A DNA stretch of 64,000 nt. Origin: an uncultured delta proteobacterium. Its GTDB lineage: Bacteria; Desulfobacterota; Binatia; UBA9968. The notes beneath the pieces are model-generated. The model searched no databases, was not told the origin of the DNA, and saw only the letters and a program-made list of their open reading frames with translations. How positions within the stretch are numbered: position 1 is the first letter of the stretch; each line of letters begins with the position of its first letter. The stretch lies in contig CAVSLC010000002.1 in the NCBI GenBank assembly GCA_963728565.1, forward strand, positions 1 through 64,000, given 5' to 3'. The position numbers were made by a program, and so were the translations under genes. Below are positions 39,295 to 50,320 of this stretch, piece after piece.

Positions 39295-39762
39295 ATGTTC
39301 GTCTGGAATCTCTTGCTGGCGCTGGGGTGGGCGGCCACTAGCGGCGATTTTACCCTGGTGAATGTTTCGATCGGGTTCGTCGTTGGGTATGGCATACTTT
39401 ACCTGGCGCAACGCATTACCGGTCGCTCCAGATACAGTACCAAAGTCGCTCAGCTAATCGGCTTTATCGGTTATTATATTTGGCTGTTTATTCTGGCGAA
39501 TTTACGCATCGCTTACGACATTATCACGCCGAGATTCCAGATCAGACCCGGCGTTATTGCCATTCCCTTGGAGGCAAAGACCGACCTGGAAATCGTCATG
39601 CTGGCTAACTTGTTAACCCTTACACCGGGAACTATCAGCCTCGATGTTTCCACCGACCGACGGTTTCTTTATATTCATGCTCTTTACATTGACGAGGTGG
39701 AGAAGGTGCGCCGCGACATCAAACAAGGGTTGGAACGGCGCCTGCTCCAAGTCATGCGATAG
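39295..39762 (+). CDS. mrpE: Mrp subunit E (displaced downstream of mrpG)
   Basis: [33 protein letters not shown]. Confidence 0.92.
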   Translation: MFVWNLLLALGWAATSGDFTLVNVSIGFVVGYGILYLAQRITGRSRYSTKVAQLIGFIGYYIWLFILANLRIAYDIITPRFQIRPGVIAIPLEAKTDLEIVMLANLLTLTPGTISLDVSTDRRFLYIHALYIDEVEKVRRDIKQGLERRLLQVMR

Positions 39763-39972
39763 CAATAGAAGAACACCATTACGCGTAAGGCGCGAACGAA
39801 TAGAATCTGCCCGTGAATGCGTGCAGTTCGAGGGTGGTTTGCCGACTGCTCCCCATGAGGCACAGCAACGGTTACCACAGAGCTCGTTAGGCACGAGATT
39901 CTTTACGGCTGTAGCGCCAAACGTTGAAGTTGGCAGGAGTGTCCTGCAGATAGCCGAGCGGCCCTTTATTCA

Positions 39973-40667
39973 TCAGCCCTTTCCAGGTTCCGAATCATAA
40001 ACATAAAGCGTCTTTGGCAGCTCCGCTTCGGCTTCGCTGCGGCGCGGGTTGGGATAGCGTAACGCCTGCCAGCAGAGCCAGAGCAGCGGTAAAGCTCCGC
40101 CAACTATGAAAAGAGCGTCGCCCGGCAGGCGCGCCCATTCGAGAACATTCACCCAGCGCAGATTGAGAAAAGCGAGGCTGCGCGCGTACCAGTAGCCTAT
40201 GTCCACGGCATAATAGAGCTGGACAATGCCGAGCGGGAAGAGATTGACAAATGCCATCCATGCCAAGCCGATATGCAGGGACCAGAAGGATATTTTTGCG
40301 GCGCGATCGCTCCATCTGTCCGGATGGGTTAGATAACGCAAACAGAAGAGCAAGAGCCCGACCGCCAGTGATGAGGAACTCGGAAGTGTTGTGAAGGTAC
40401 TCCGCGGTGAAGTCCGGTCCCAGATAAGCGTCATGACCGTACGCCGAGCCGTACTCCATTACCCCGTAGCGCTGGAAAACGTTCATGCCGCCGACAATAT
40501 CATCGCGGGTAAACAGGACCTTGTTCTCCGCCAGGACTCTGGCGGGGATGGATGGTTGGTCACGATAGACGAGATAGGCGAGGAGCCCGAGCACGGTAAA
40601 ACCGAGGAGATAAGTCAGCACTGCTCCCTGAAACCAAAGAGACGAACGGCATCGATTCTCGCGGCAT
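39973..40667 (-). pseudogene. norB: Quinol-dependent nitric oxide reductase (qNor) remnant with large internal deletion
   Basis: N-terminal YGSAYGHDAYLGPDFTAEYLH joined near 40368 to C-terminal SFWSLHIGLAWM...GYWYARS...EWARLPGD. Confidence 0.85.
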
Positions 40668-40876
40668 AATCTGACACCTCTCTGTCTTGTCCTTATATGA
40701 TTTTCAATTTGCAGGACGCGGATCTGACTCTGCGCTTTCCAATATCTGGTACTTAAAAAATCCCAGACGCCGAGCCGTAGATCTCATCGCGACTGACTCT
40801 AGAATACAGCACAACGAGCCATGTAGAGTCCAATCATTGGATCGGCAGTTAGAGCAAGCTGGCAGCTCCATCTGTT

Positions 40877-41876
40877 TTAGACACCTTTAAACAGCAGAAA
40901 AGCGGTCAGACTGTAAAGAGCGACAATGGTCATGGCATCCCAGGACAGGAAGAACCGCTTTCTCGCTGACCTGAAAGTCAGCCCTATGATCGCTACCGCA
41001 GTCATCGCCATCGTGCCGATGACGCTGACGACGTGATTTCCGGAAACGTAATTCAGCAGTGGACCGTTGGTATAGAAAAAATCGTCTATGCGCTAGAATG
41101 TTTACATTGAAGAGGTTGCTGCCAAGGAGATTCCCCACAGCCATGTCGATGGCGCCGATCCGATAAGCGGCATAAGACACAGTCAGCTCAGGAAGCGTCG
41201 TCGCAATCGCGATAAAAATACTCCCGACAAACGACTCTCCAAGCCCGGTTTGCGCCGCGATTTTGTCACCGATCAGCGGCAGAAAGATAGCTGCCGCGAC
41301 AATCAGTGTGGCATGGATTGCGAACCATCCATAAGCCTGCATTCTCGAGATTTTTTCGTACCGGGCTTCTTCGAACTCTTTGACAAATTCCGCCACGCGC
41401 CTTTGCTCATAAGAAAAAAGCGCTTTCATGGATACTAAGTAAATCCCCAATAACACGAAACTGTATGTGCCGATCCAGGCAATTGCGCCGAATGCTTTAC
41501 CAGACGCCAAGCTCAAGCCGACTACTCCGAGCATCAATATTGAAAGTCCGGCGGACAAGACATGGCCCTGGTGCGCTCTTGCCGAAACCGGCGTTGAACC
41601 TCCGATCAGGTCGAGAAAGGCGATTGTCAGCATGTTGAGCATGCAGGCCCCAACCACGTTGCCGGCGGCAATATCGGGAACATCGAACAACAAAACAGAG
41701 CTGACACCGGTGAAGAGCTCGGGTAAAGAGGTGACCGTCGCCAGCAGGACTATGCCAATCCATGTTCTACCCAACCCAGTCTTCTCGGCGATAATGTCCC
41801 CGTAACGAGTCAGCCGGCTTCCGGCAAAAGTGATAACGGCTGCGCACAAAATAAATTGAAGCCAGGTAATCAGCAT
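40877..41876 (-). pseudogene. Sodium:calcium antiporter (CaCA/YrbG-like) with a single frameshift near 41091
   Basis: TSLPELF, TTLPELT, GNLLGSNLFN; IDDFFY...FLSWD tail continues in another frame to TAA at 40877. Confidence 0.82.
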
Positions 41877-42168
41877 AATCTTACCCCGCAATCATAGAGA
41901 ACAATCGGACTTGTCCTCGGCCATTATCCAAACTCCCTGCCTAATTGCAGAGCTACACGGGAGGTCTGAAATGATTCGCTTCTCTCGCTAAACTTTTCGC
42001 GAGTTGTCTTGCTGCTAGTGAATGGATTTCATCAAAGCCGGGTTTCGATGCAGCTCGCGTAGATTTGATTCTCACCGCCGCCGCGCTCGCTTGCTGGCCG
42101 CGGGTAGAACTGACGATCGCGCTGCCGACTTCGCAACGCACTTTGCTTTAGAGGAAGCTCGCAACGCC

Positions 42169-42534
42169 TCATTCTTTGGATGATCGGTCTTCGGCATCAA
42201 ACGAATCGTTAGCGCGGCAGGGCCCCAGCACCGTCATCAGGATGATGGCGCGCCGCAGATCGCGACGGCTTCGGAAAAGTGATCTCTTGATGGATTGATT
42301 CCTCCTGGACAGTAAAGTCTGGGGAATTCTGGGAGGAGGCATTCGTTCGCTTGAAGAAGCGACGACTTCGGTGGGCGGCGCTTTGGCGAATGTTCGAGGT
42401 GCAGGTTGCGGAGGCAGTCTCCTCGGAGCCTGGCTCTCGAAACGGCGCTGCATTCGCTGCAGCAGCCAGTTGAGTAACGGAAACAAGATGAACGCGAGGA
42501 TGACCAGAATTTGTGTGAACGGGATATCCTGCAT
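42169..42534 (-). CDS. YqfB-like membrane protein, third gene of the nfeD-floA operon
   Basis: N-terminal TM, Pro-rich linker, C-terminal LRRAIILMTVLGPCRA; SD AGAGG. Confidence 0.7.
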   Translation of the reverse strand: MQDIPFTQILVILAFILFPLLNWLLQRMQRRFESQAPRRLPPQPAPRTFAKAPPTEVVASSSERMPPPRIPQTLLSRRNQSIKRSLFRSRRDLRRAIILMTVLGPCRANDSFDAEDRSSKE

Positions 42535-42544
42535 AACCTCTCCT

Positions 42545-43525
42545 CTATCTCCGTTGACCGCCTGGAGGTTCTTCTCCGGTTTCGGCGATCGAACCACGCA
42601 TGGCTGTATCGGCCTGAACATTCTTCATTTTGTAGTAGTCCATTATGCCGAGATTTCCCTGGCGAAACGCCTCGGCCATGGCGCGCGGCACCTCCGCCTC
42701 GGCTTCGACCACCCGGGCGCGCATCTCCTGCTCCAAGGCAACGGCCATAGCGCGACGCTCTTCCGCCTTGGCCTGGGCGATCTGCTTATCGGCGTCGGCC
42801 TGATCGATTTGCAGCTTCGCGCCGATGTTCTGACCGACGTCGACGTCGGCGATATCGATCGATAGGATCTCGTAGGCCGTTCCCGCATCCAGTCCCCTGC
42901 TCAGGATATTTTTGGAAATGTGATCGGGATTCTCCAGCACAGCCTTGTGCGATGCTGCCGAGCCGATGGTGCTCACCATGCCCTCGCCGACGCGCGCGAT
43001 GACCGTCTCCTCGCCGGCGCCGCCGACCAGCCGGTCGATGTTGGTGCGAACCGTCACGCGAGAGACCGCGATCAGCTGGATGCCGTCCTTGGCGACCGCG
43101 GCGATCTTCGGCGTCTCGATGACTTTCGGAATGACCGACATCTTGACCGCTTCGAGCACATCGCGCCCGGCCAGATCGATGGCGGCGGCGCGTTTGAACG
43201 GCAGCGGAATGTTCGCCTTATCCGCCGAGATCATGGCGTTGACCAGCCTGACGACATTGCCGCCCGCCAAAAAATGCGCCTCGAGATCGTTGAGCGGGAT
43301 ATTGAGGCCGGCTTTGACCGCGCTGATGCGCGCGGTAACGACGGTTCCCGGCGGCACCCGCCGAAGTCTCATGCCGATGAGAGTGAGAAGTCCGACGTAG
43401 GCGCCGGAAGCCCAGGCGGCAATCCAGAGCGGAATCGGAACCAGATACAACACAAAGACGATCGCCACCAACAGCGCCAAGAGGACGACGAATCCTCCCG
43501 CTATACCGGTTTCGGCTCCGAACAT
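42545..43525 (-). CDS. floA: Flotillin-like protein FloA (YqfA)
   Basis: [60 protein letters not shown]. Confidence 0.93.
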   Translation of the reverse strand: MFGAETGIAGGFVVLLALLVAIVFVLYLVPIPLWIAAWASGAYVGLLTLIGMRLRRVPPGTVVTARISAVKAGLNIPLNDLEAHFLAGGNVVRLVNAMISADKANIPLPFKRAAAIDLAGRDVLEAVKMSVIPKVIETPKIAAVAKDGIQLIAVSRVTVRTNIDRLVGGAGEETVIARVGEGMVSTIGSAASHKAVLENPDHISKNILSRGLDAGTAYEILSIDIADVDVGQNIGAKLQIDQADADKQIAQAKAEERRAMAVALEQEMRARVVEAEAEVPRAMAEAFRQGNLGIMDYYKMKNVQADTAMRGSIAETGEEPPGGQRR

Positions 43526-43541
43526 TTTCCACCCCTTTCGG

Positions 43542-44912
43542 TTATGCGCGATGGCGCCGCACCACAATGCGGTTGCCATCGACGCGACTCACGACAATTT
43601 GTGCTCCCGCCTCGATGAATTCGCCGTCGGAGACGACATCCACTCGCTCGCCTTCGACATCGGCAATCCCGGAGGGACGCAGCGGCGAAACCGTTGTGCC
43701 GGTTTTCCCCAGCCACTTCCGATCGGTCTCGGGCGGCGAAGCGTAGCCCTCACCCGCGGCCAGCCCGGTCTGTAGGATCAGCCGCTTGCCGAACGGCAAT
43801 CGCGGTAGAAAGCGCAACAGCACCAGACTTCCAATCAAGGCGAGCAGCAGAGAAAAAATAACTCGACTTACGGCTTTGAGTATAAAATCCCACGTCGCGC
43901 CGCCGCCGATGAGACTCAGACTCAGGCCGGAAAGCAGCGCCGCTATGCCCAGGACTCCGGCCACACCGAAGCCGGGAATTATAAAGATCTCAGCTGCGAG
44001 CAGGACAACGCCGGAAACCACGAGCAGGATCTCCTCCCAGCCGGCGAGCTGGACCAGCCAGTGTCCCCAGAAAAAAAGCGCCAAGCTGCCAATACCGAGA
44101 ACTCCCGGCACGCCGAAGCCGGGCGTTCGAATTTCCAGGATAATTCCGAGCATACCGATGGTGATAAGAAGCGAGCTGACAATCGGATGGGTGAGAAAAC
44201 GAACAAAGTTCTCCGCCCAGTTGGGAGATGCTCGTCGCACCTCGGCCCCCGCAAGCCCCACCTGGCTCAGGACCTCCACCATCGTGTCGGCGCGAAACTC
44301 CGCAATCTTGTGCTTCAGCGCCTCGTCGGTAGTAAGCGTCAAGAGCTTTCCTTTTTCAATCAGATCGGGGATCTCCACGTCGGCGTCCACCATGGCTTCG
44401 GCGATCAGCGGCGGGCGCTTGCGCGCTTCTGCGGTGGCGCGAAACTCTTTTCTGACGTAGGAAACGGTTTTTTCCTCCACCGGCTGCGCCGGCGCGCCGG
44501 GTTGCCCCATTTGCACTGGAGTTGCCGCGCCAATGGTTCCTCCGTCGCCCATGACGATCTTCTCGGTCGCGAGCGCAATAAGCGCGCCGGCGGATATCGC
44601 TCTCTTATTGATGAACGCCACCGTTTGAACCCGGCTGTTGAGCAGCGCATCGCGTATGACAACCGCCGCATCCACCCTGCCGCCGAAAGTATTGATCTCG
44701 AGAATAACCGCTGCCGCGCCTGCATCGGTGGCCTCGCGCAGGACGCGGTCAACAAACGGCGCGAGCCCAAGATCTATCATGCCCTCGATGGGCGCAACGT
44801 AAACCACTGGGGTTTTCTGGGCGAACGCTGTCCCACCCGGGTTCAAAGAAATCAGCAGGCCGAAACAAACAAGCGCCCTTCTCCAGGCGCGTGTGGCTCT
44901 AGCGCTGCTCAT
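43542..44912 (-). CDS. nfeD: NfeD family membrane serine protease (YqeZ-like)
   Basis: [44 protein letters not shown]-fold. Confidence 0.92.
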   Translation of the reverse strand: MSSARATRAWRRALVCFGLLISLNPGGTAFAQKTPVVYVAPIEGMIDLGLAPFVDRVLREATDAGAAAVILEINTFGGRVDAAVVIRDALLNSRVQTVAFINKRAISAGALIALATEKIVMGDGGTIGAATPVQMGQPGAPAQPVEEKTVSYVRKEFRATAEARKRPPLIAEAMVDADVEIPDLIEKGKLLTLTTDEALKHKIAEFRADTMVEVLSQVGLAGAEVRRASPNWAENFVRFLTHPIVSSLLITIGMLGIILEIRTPGFGVPGVLGIGSLALFFWGHWLVQLAGWEEILLVVSGVVLLAAEIFIIPGFGVAGVLGIAALLSGLSLSLIGGGATWDFILKAVSRVIFSLLLALIGSLVLLRFLPRLPFGKRLILQTGLAAGEGYASPPETDRKWLGKTGTTVSPLRPSGIADVEGERVDVVSDGEFIEAGAQIVVSRVDGNRIVVRRHRA

Positions 44913-45282
44913 GATTTACTTCGGCCATCGTCATATAGAGTTCCGCTCTGTAAGGACAGGACCTGCACCAACCATGTCTAGTTCTTAGGCGCCGAGGGCC
45001 GTGTTGGAGAGCGGCTGCTCGCGCCATTTCAGTCCGAGAACACCATACCAGTCTTTTCACTAGGATTGCCATGTTCTTATGGTTTTCTGCACGTCAACGC
45101 CAGCTCTGGGAAGCATGCGGTATGGATTCCCCAACACTCAGGAGAACTCTTTATCAGGAAAAGAAAAACTTACCTCTACGAGACCGAGTCGATTGGACAG
45201 GGCAAAGGATAGAACTTCGCGGTGATAAACAAGCTGCGACTGCGCCGCTGGCGTTTGAGACGGGCAGGAAACTGGTCGCCTG

Positions 45283-45716
45283 AGCATCGCCTGAACGGCG
45301 GTGCCACGGTTGATTGCGCCACAGCCGTTGAAGCAAGTCGGTGCCGTCTTGCGGCATCGATCATAGCGGCGGTGCTCCATATTATTAACGGGAATGCGAC
45401 TGCTGCGCCGGTCGTTGCTTGGACTTTAGACACGGCTTTGGGTCACACCGAAGAAGAGCTTATAAAAGGAACCCTCAGCCGATATGCCGGTCAGGATCTT
45501 TACTATCATGCGCTGCGCACGCGGCAGGCGGGAGTGCGGTCGTTTATTTCCTTCCATGTGCTGGTGCCGGGAGAATGGACTGTTTCAGCAAGGGCATGAT
45601 CGGGTCGAACGACTGAGCGCGATATACGCGCCGCGATTCCGGAAGCCACCGTGTTTACTCACCTCGAGCCGATCAATGACCCGTCAGCTTGGCAGGACTT
45701 GACGCTTGATCGGAGA
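45283..45716 (+). pseudogene. Cation diffusion facilitator (FieF-like) remnant
   Basis: SIA*TAVPRLIAPQPLKQVG, LDTAL, HALRTRQAG, FHVLVPGEWTV, GHD, VFTHLEP across frames. Confidence 0.75.
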
Positions 45717-45940
45717 GTATGGCTAAGCCAATTAATCCTGTTTGGCGCCGCAGACGGGGCAATGTGCAAACCATCGTCGAATGCGCGACCGACAGCGCCG
45801 ACAAATCGTGGTTCGCCCGCGCCTAACCAAAAGCACTGAGGTGATGACAAGGAGACCGGCAACTAAACTTCCGAACATCTTTTATCCAGCTGGAACCGGC
45901 AACTTCAAGAGTTCGTAGAGAATCATGATTTCTTCAGCAG

Positions 45941-46216
45941 TCAGCCTTTATGGCCGTCTAATAACCAAGCAAAAACTTTTTGATCACTTAAATTCCACGA
46001 ACTCGACTTGAAGGTCAGCATCACGAGGTAGTCATCTGGATCAATGTAGCGCTTGAGCTTCTGCCAGACGGCTTCGGGCGGATCGTCAGCGGTGATCGTC
46101 CAAATCGAGTCAGATAGCCTTGCCCAGCGATAGCTGGTGATGACTCTATAGAAACCATCATAGTCCGCGCGGGAAGTCTGTGGGTTATGTTTGTAGGTGA
46201 TGTGCAGGATGGCCAT
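45941..46216 (-). CDS. Small hypothetical protein, probable ferredoxin-like (Cas2-like) fold
   Basis: 91 aa; ILHITY, WARLSDSIWTI, LKRYIDPDDYLV, AWL; extended -10 TGcTAGAAT just upstream. Confidence 0.65.
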   Translation of the reverse strand: MAILHITYKHNPQTSRADYDGFYRVITSYRWARLSDSIWTITADDPPEAVWQKLKRYIDPDDYLVMLTFKSSSWNLSDQKVFAWLLDGHKG

Positions 46217-46566
46217 AGCGGCGCGTATTCTAGCACAAACAGTCGAGTGGTGGGGCGAAATAAAAGGAGGATCCTCGATACTCGCGCGCTGCTTTCATGA
46301 CGATCTCGCCGGAGCCTTGATCGACCCATGGTCATTGTGCTAATAACCGCGCCCTCGCTGCGCAGCGACAACCCTGCAAGCGACAACCCGTTTCCTTTGA
46401 CGAACTGTCGAAGGCGCTGCGTTGCGAGGCCCAAAGGGGCGATCATGGGAGACATACGGGGCTGGCTTATATCGCTCGTCATCGGATTAGGTTTTTGGGG
46501 TTGTGTCTCTGCGTGCTTATCGCTGCTCATCCCGTAGCGGCTGTGCGGCAGCGAGGAACTTTGGCT

Positions 46567-46815
46567 ATGGAGAGAAACATCGTGCCGGTTCTATTATTCA
46601 ATTTCCTCATTGCGGTCGCAGTGACGCTTGCAGCATCCGCAGTAATCGCTTTTATCGTTACTAACGTAGTTGTCGGGTGGATCAAAGGGAGCTTATACCA
46701 TGACGTCCTCCGCAACTTCTCGGGCAAAGATCGGAAAGACATCCTGATCGTTGCGTTGGGTGCTATGAGCGCTTTTCTTGTCGCCAAATACAAGCCGGCA
46801 GGGCTGGTGTTTTGA
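46567..46815 (+). CDS. Small hypothetical membrane protein
   Basis: 82 aa with two hydrophobic segments; GAGG upstream. Confidence 0.5.
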   Translation: MERNIVPVLLFNFLIAVAVTLAASAVIAFIVTNVVVGWIKGSLYHDVLRNFSGKDRKDILIVALGAMSAFLVAKYKPAGLVF

Positions 46816-46871
46816 AGCGCCCCAGGTCTGGATTCGTGGTCCGGCTGTAGACTAGCAGGAGACGCATGAAT

Positions 46872-47099
46872 CTAAGCTTTCCGCTCATCTTCAGAAATCC
46901 CATACGTCCGTAACGGATGCGAGAGCTTGTCGCGCCAACTACCATAAGCAACGTCCCTGGCTCCTAGCAGTATCAGCTTGCTTATTAGCGCAAGAACCGA
47001 GTCAGCATGATCATCTCGGCCCTCCAGTGGCTTATACCTTCTCCACAGTTCGCCGATATAGCTGTCCTGCAGCTCGGGCTTCTCGGGCTTGGGTGCCAT
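46872..47099 (-). CDS. Hypothetical protein
   Basis: 75 aa ATG-initiated ORF with globular composition. Confidence 0.4.
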   Translation of the reverse strand: MAPKPEKPELQDSYIGELWRRYKPLEGRDDHADSVLALISKLILLGARDVAYGSWRDKLSHPLRTYGISEDERKA

Positions 47100-47286
47100 C
47101 GGGCGAACAGACGAACTTATTTTCAGTATGCAAGCGGCACATTTCGCGGCAGAGTATTCTATGTAGGTGGCCGTTTACTTCTCGCCAGAAACTGCCAGAT
47201 GTGCGGCAACTACTTTGGATAATAATGGCCAACCCAAACGGCAGGCGGCTATCCGCCCATCCACGGTCGCTGTGCCGAGGACACGG

Positions 47287-47649
47287 TTATCGAATCAAAG
47301 CTGTAATCTTTTTCAGGAGTTCGTCTGACGTAAACGGCTTGATGATGTAGTCGTCGCATCCGACATCAATCCAGTTTTTGAGATCGGATGGACGGAACAG
47401 TGCGGTGGACGCGAGGATCGGAATATCCTTAGTCTGAGGATCTGCCCGCAAGATGCGGGTCGCTTCCCAACCATCCATCTCTGGCATCATAGAGTTCATC
47501 AGAATCAAATCCGGTTTCTCCGCGACGGCTGTCTCCACTCCCTCCCTGCCGTTCTTAGCAGTGATGGCAGTGAAACCCATCGACTCCAGTTGATGGCCGA
47601 GGACATGCCGTAATTCGGTATGATCTTCGACCAGCAGAATTTTAACCAA
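47287..47649 (-). CDS. Single-domain response regulator (DivK-like), phosphoacceptor D to N
   Basis: KILLVED, PDLILMN, DIPILAST, YIIKPF; SD GGAGG before TTG 47649. Confidence 0.85.
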   Translation of the reverse strand: MVKILLVEDHTELRHVLGHQLESMGFTAITAKNGREGVETAVAEKPDLILMNSMMPEMDGWEATRILRADPQTKDIPILASTALFRPSDLKNWIDVGCDDYIIKPFTSDELLKKITALIR

Positions 47650-47803
47650 ATGATCCTCCGCTTGGGTCAACTGGGTAGGTTCCTCGGATCACGGTTGTAC
47701 TAACTTAACATTTGCGTCGGCGATCCCCGTCCGCAGATCAGAACCTGGAAAGCACGATACGCAATAATTCACTCTGCAGCCCCGGCCCTTTTCTAGCAAG
47801 TTG

Positions 47804-48103
47804 CTATATTGATCTTGCGGCGTTTGCCTCATCCTCGGGAGCTAGCCGCGAATCGTTCTCGCGGCGGCGATCCGACTTATCTTGGCCCGCTAGTTTAACC
47901 AGCTTGTTGTACAGGCCGATGATCAGCCAGGTAGGCACCCATTGGGCGATGAAGTTTCCCCATTTCCCTCTGCCGGCCACTTGGCAAGCCAGTGAAAGCC
48001 CCATAGCACCTATGCCAACAGCGAGGTAAGCACTCGACGGTACAGCGACTGTGTAAGATTCAAACGTTTTTGTGAACTGGTCTTCAGTTGGCCGTGGTTC
48101 CAT
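47804..48103 (-). CDS. Conserved small membrane protein
   Basis: VPSSAYL...AMGLSL, FIAQWVPTWLIIGLYNKLVK; SD AGGAGG. Confidence 0.75.
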   Translation of the reverse strand: MEPRPTEDQFTKTFESYTVAVPSSAYLAVGIGAMGLSLACQVAGRGKWGNFIAQWVPTWLIIGLYNKLVKLAGQDKSDRRRENDSRLAPEDEANAARSI

Positions 48104-48126
48104 TTGACACCTCCTAACTTTCCCGC

Positions 48127-48142
48127 CGCAATAGTAAGGCCA
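48127..48142 (-). promoter_or_regulatory. sigma54-like promoter
   Basis: Minus strand TGGCCTTACTATTGCG just upstream of the SD. Confidence 0.55.
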
Positions 48143-48288
48143 GTCGTCAGTAACCTGACCGCGCAAGTATAGCTCCCTACGTGTGTACAAGATTTTGGAA
48201 GCGACGTTGCGGGTGTCCCGAATCTGACTCGGTGGCGGCCCCTCCTCAACACTCGAATAGACCCCGGCGGTTGGTAAGCTACTTAGTT

Positions 48289-48650
48289 GTGCTCAAGCTG
48301 ACCACAAAGAAATCAATCCTTTCACGAGAAAGGCTCCAGTTTGTCCAGCGCCGATGTATGCCCGAGCTGTGCAGCAGCTCCCAGAGGGAAAGGACTGGCT
48401 CGCGAGGGTCTGGGCGAAGTTGAAGCACCTGCAGAGTAGCAGTTGTCCTTTTTCTAACCTGCCTGAGAAGAAGCGTAATCGCGGGCGCTCACACGTGAAG
48501 AGATGAAGAACTCCGTCTGGCTCAAACCTGAGCTGGTTGGGCAGATCGAGTTTGCCGAGTGGACACCTTGATGGTCATTTGAGGTATTCAAAGTTCTGCG
48601 GGTTGAGAGATGACAAAGAGCCACGTGGAGTCTTTAGGGAGCGAGGCGAG
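48289..48650 (+). pseudogene. ligD: ATP-dependent DNA ligase (LigD ligase domain) remnant with internal deletion
   Basis: PMYARAVQQLPEGKDWL joined to CPFSNLPEKK, WLKPELVGQIEFAEWT, GHLRYSKFCGLRDDK. Confidence 0.8.
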
Positions 48651-48666
48651 CCAGAACGGCGTCCGC

Positions 48667-49029
48667 TTAGGGAATCAGAGCTTTGATTTTTCTTTGCAGT
48701 TCGTTTATCGGAAATGGTTTGACTATATAGTCGTTGCATCCTATATCGATGCAGCGTTGAAGCTCAAATCTACGGTATAACGCAGTCATGGCGAGGATCG
48801 GGATGTCCTTAGTGTTAGGACTCAGTCGCAAGATTCGCGTCGCTTCTCCACCATCCATGGCCGGCATCACGAAGTCCATTAAGATCAAGTCCGGTTTCTC
48901 CGCTAGAGATCTTTCAACAGCTTCCTTGCCATTAGCAGCGGTGATGGTCTCAAATCCCATCCAAGTGATTAGAACCTGAAGAGTTCGCCGTATGTCCGGG
49001 TTATCATCAACGAGCAGAATTTTAGTCAC
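48667..49029 (-). CDS. Single-domain response regulator (DivK-like)
   Basis: KILLVDD, PDLILMD, DIPILAMTA, YIVKPF. Confidence 0.88.
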   Translation of the reverse strand: MTKILLVDDNPDIRRTLQVLITWMGFETITAANGKEAVERSLAEKPDLILMDFVMPAMDGGEATRILRLSPNTKDIPILAMTALYRRFELQRCIDIGCNDYIVKPFPINELQRKIKALIP

Positions 49030-49219
49030 GTCAGTTGCGGAGCTTCCCCGTGGTCCCTCGCATATATAGCCTAGTCCGAACGCCGGGATTTTTCATTTCG
49101 AGATTCAACGGGCCTTAGTTGATTGATCAGAAGCCCCTTGTTGCCCAGCACTGCAACGGCCATTTTTATCACCCTTGAAGTCGCTCGGTTGTAATGCTTC
49201 GCGGGAAGTTTTCGGGTGC

Positions 49220-50320
49220 TTATGCTTTGGAGGAGACTCTTTCACTAAAGGGTTTTTTCGCAAATCGCTCGCGAAAATCGGCCTTCAGCTTAGCATGAGA
49301 AATCTCATTGCTCAGAGATTCAAGGAGTTCTGCTAGCCGCTTCTGCGGAAATTCTTCCATGGATTCGCCGAGCGTCCGAACATGATCACGGACAATCAGG
49401 GATGCTATGTTCTCAATGACATTGGCGAACTTACTGAACTCAGCGACAATGCGCACAAAAGCTTCCGGCGATACGGTTTCGCTAGCCGACTCCGTTATAA
49501 TGGGTGCGACTCGCGCACTCTGAAATGTGCTCGATTTTTCTTCGACTGTTTTCCGTGGCTCGCCTGCGGCAAGTTTGGCCATAGCTTGCGTCTGAAGATT
49601 AGCGAAAGCTTGTGCGATGGCCTCCGTCCCATCGCATTGGGTTTGTAGGGGACCGTTTAGATCGATTGCCGGCGTATTGCATTCTTGCTCGAGCCCGTTG
49701 GTGGCCGAGTGGGTGCTGCCAACGATCTGCTCCGCCTCGCTAAGTTGAGCCTTCAGTGTTGCCTCTAGCACAACCATGTTTGCCCTGAGACCCTCAATCA
49801 CTCTCTCGGCTTCTTCGACCTTGGTCGCCGCCTCTCTTCGTGCCTTTCGGACCGCCAACTCCGCCTGGCTTATCTGCTCTGCCATGACATCTATTTTGGA
49901 CCTGAGATCGTTTACTTCGGATATTCGACTTTGGAGCGATTCTTCTTTCTCCTTCAATGCACGTTGTAAATCGTCGATCTCGGTCCTAAGACTTTCTTCC
50001 ATCTTTTGCCCGGCAACGTTTTGTTTATGAAGGTTGTCCTCCGTCTCTCTGACCCTAGCCTCTAATCCGGTGATGTTTGCTTTGAGACCCTCGATAACTT
50101 GCCCGGCATGTTTGGTCTTGGTTAGTGCCACAGCTCGATTGTCACTGACCGCCGCCTTTAACCTGCGGATTCCATCCGCAAATATTTTATCAAGGTCCTC
50201 TAGTGCCTCGCTTAAACTATCTTCGTTCCCTGTAGCTTGAGGAGAAACCGTAGGACCGGGTGTCGTTCGGTTTAAGGTTCCTTGCACTACTTCTCTGACT
50301 ATCTGATAGGCTTTCCCCAT
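49220..50320 (-). CDS. Coiled-coil protein with internal repeat and small helical C-terminal domain
   Basis: Heptad-rich; repeat QVIEGLKANITGLEA / RVIEGLRANMVVLEA; C-terminal IVRDHVRTLGESMEEFP. Confidence 0.75.
   Translation of the reverse strand: MGKAYQIVREVVQGTLNRTTPGPTVSPQATGNEDSLSEALEDLDKIFADGIRRLKAAVSDNRAVALTKTKHAGQVIEGLKANITGLEARVRETEDNLHKQNVAGQKMEESLRTEIDDLQRALKEKEESLQSRISEVNDLRSKIDVMAEQISQAELAVRKARREAATKVEEAERVIEGLRANMVVLEATLKAQLSEAEQIVGSTHSATNGLEQECNTPAIDLNGPLQTQCDGTEAIAQAFANLQTQAMAKLAAGEPRKTVEEKSSTFQSARVAPIITESASETVSPEAFVRIVAEFSKFANVIENIASLIVRDHVRTLGESMEEFPQKRLAELLESLSNEISHAKLKADFRERFAKKPFSERVSSKA

Noticed and set aside
44061-44981. Long opposite-strand ORFs over nfeD (306 aa), also over floA, ftsH, mrpD and nhaA
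   Set aside because: Antisense shadows expected from GC-rich codon bias
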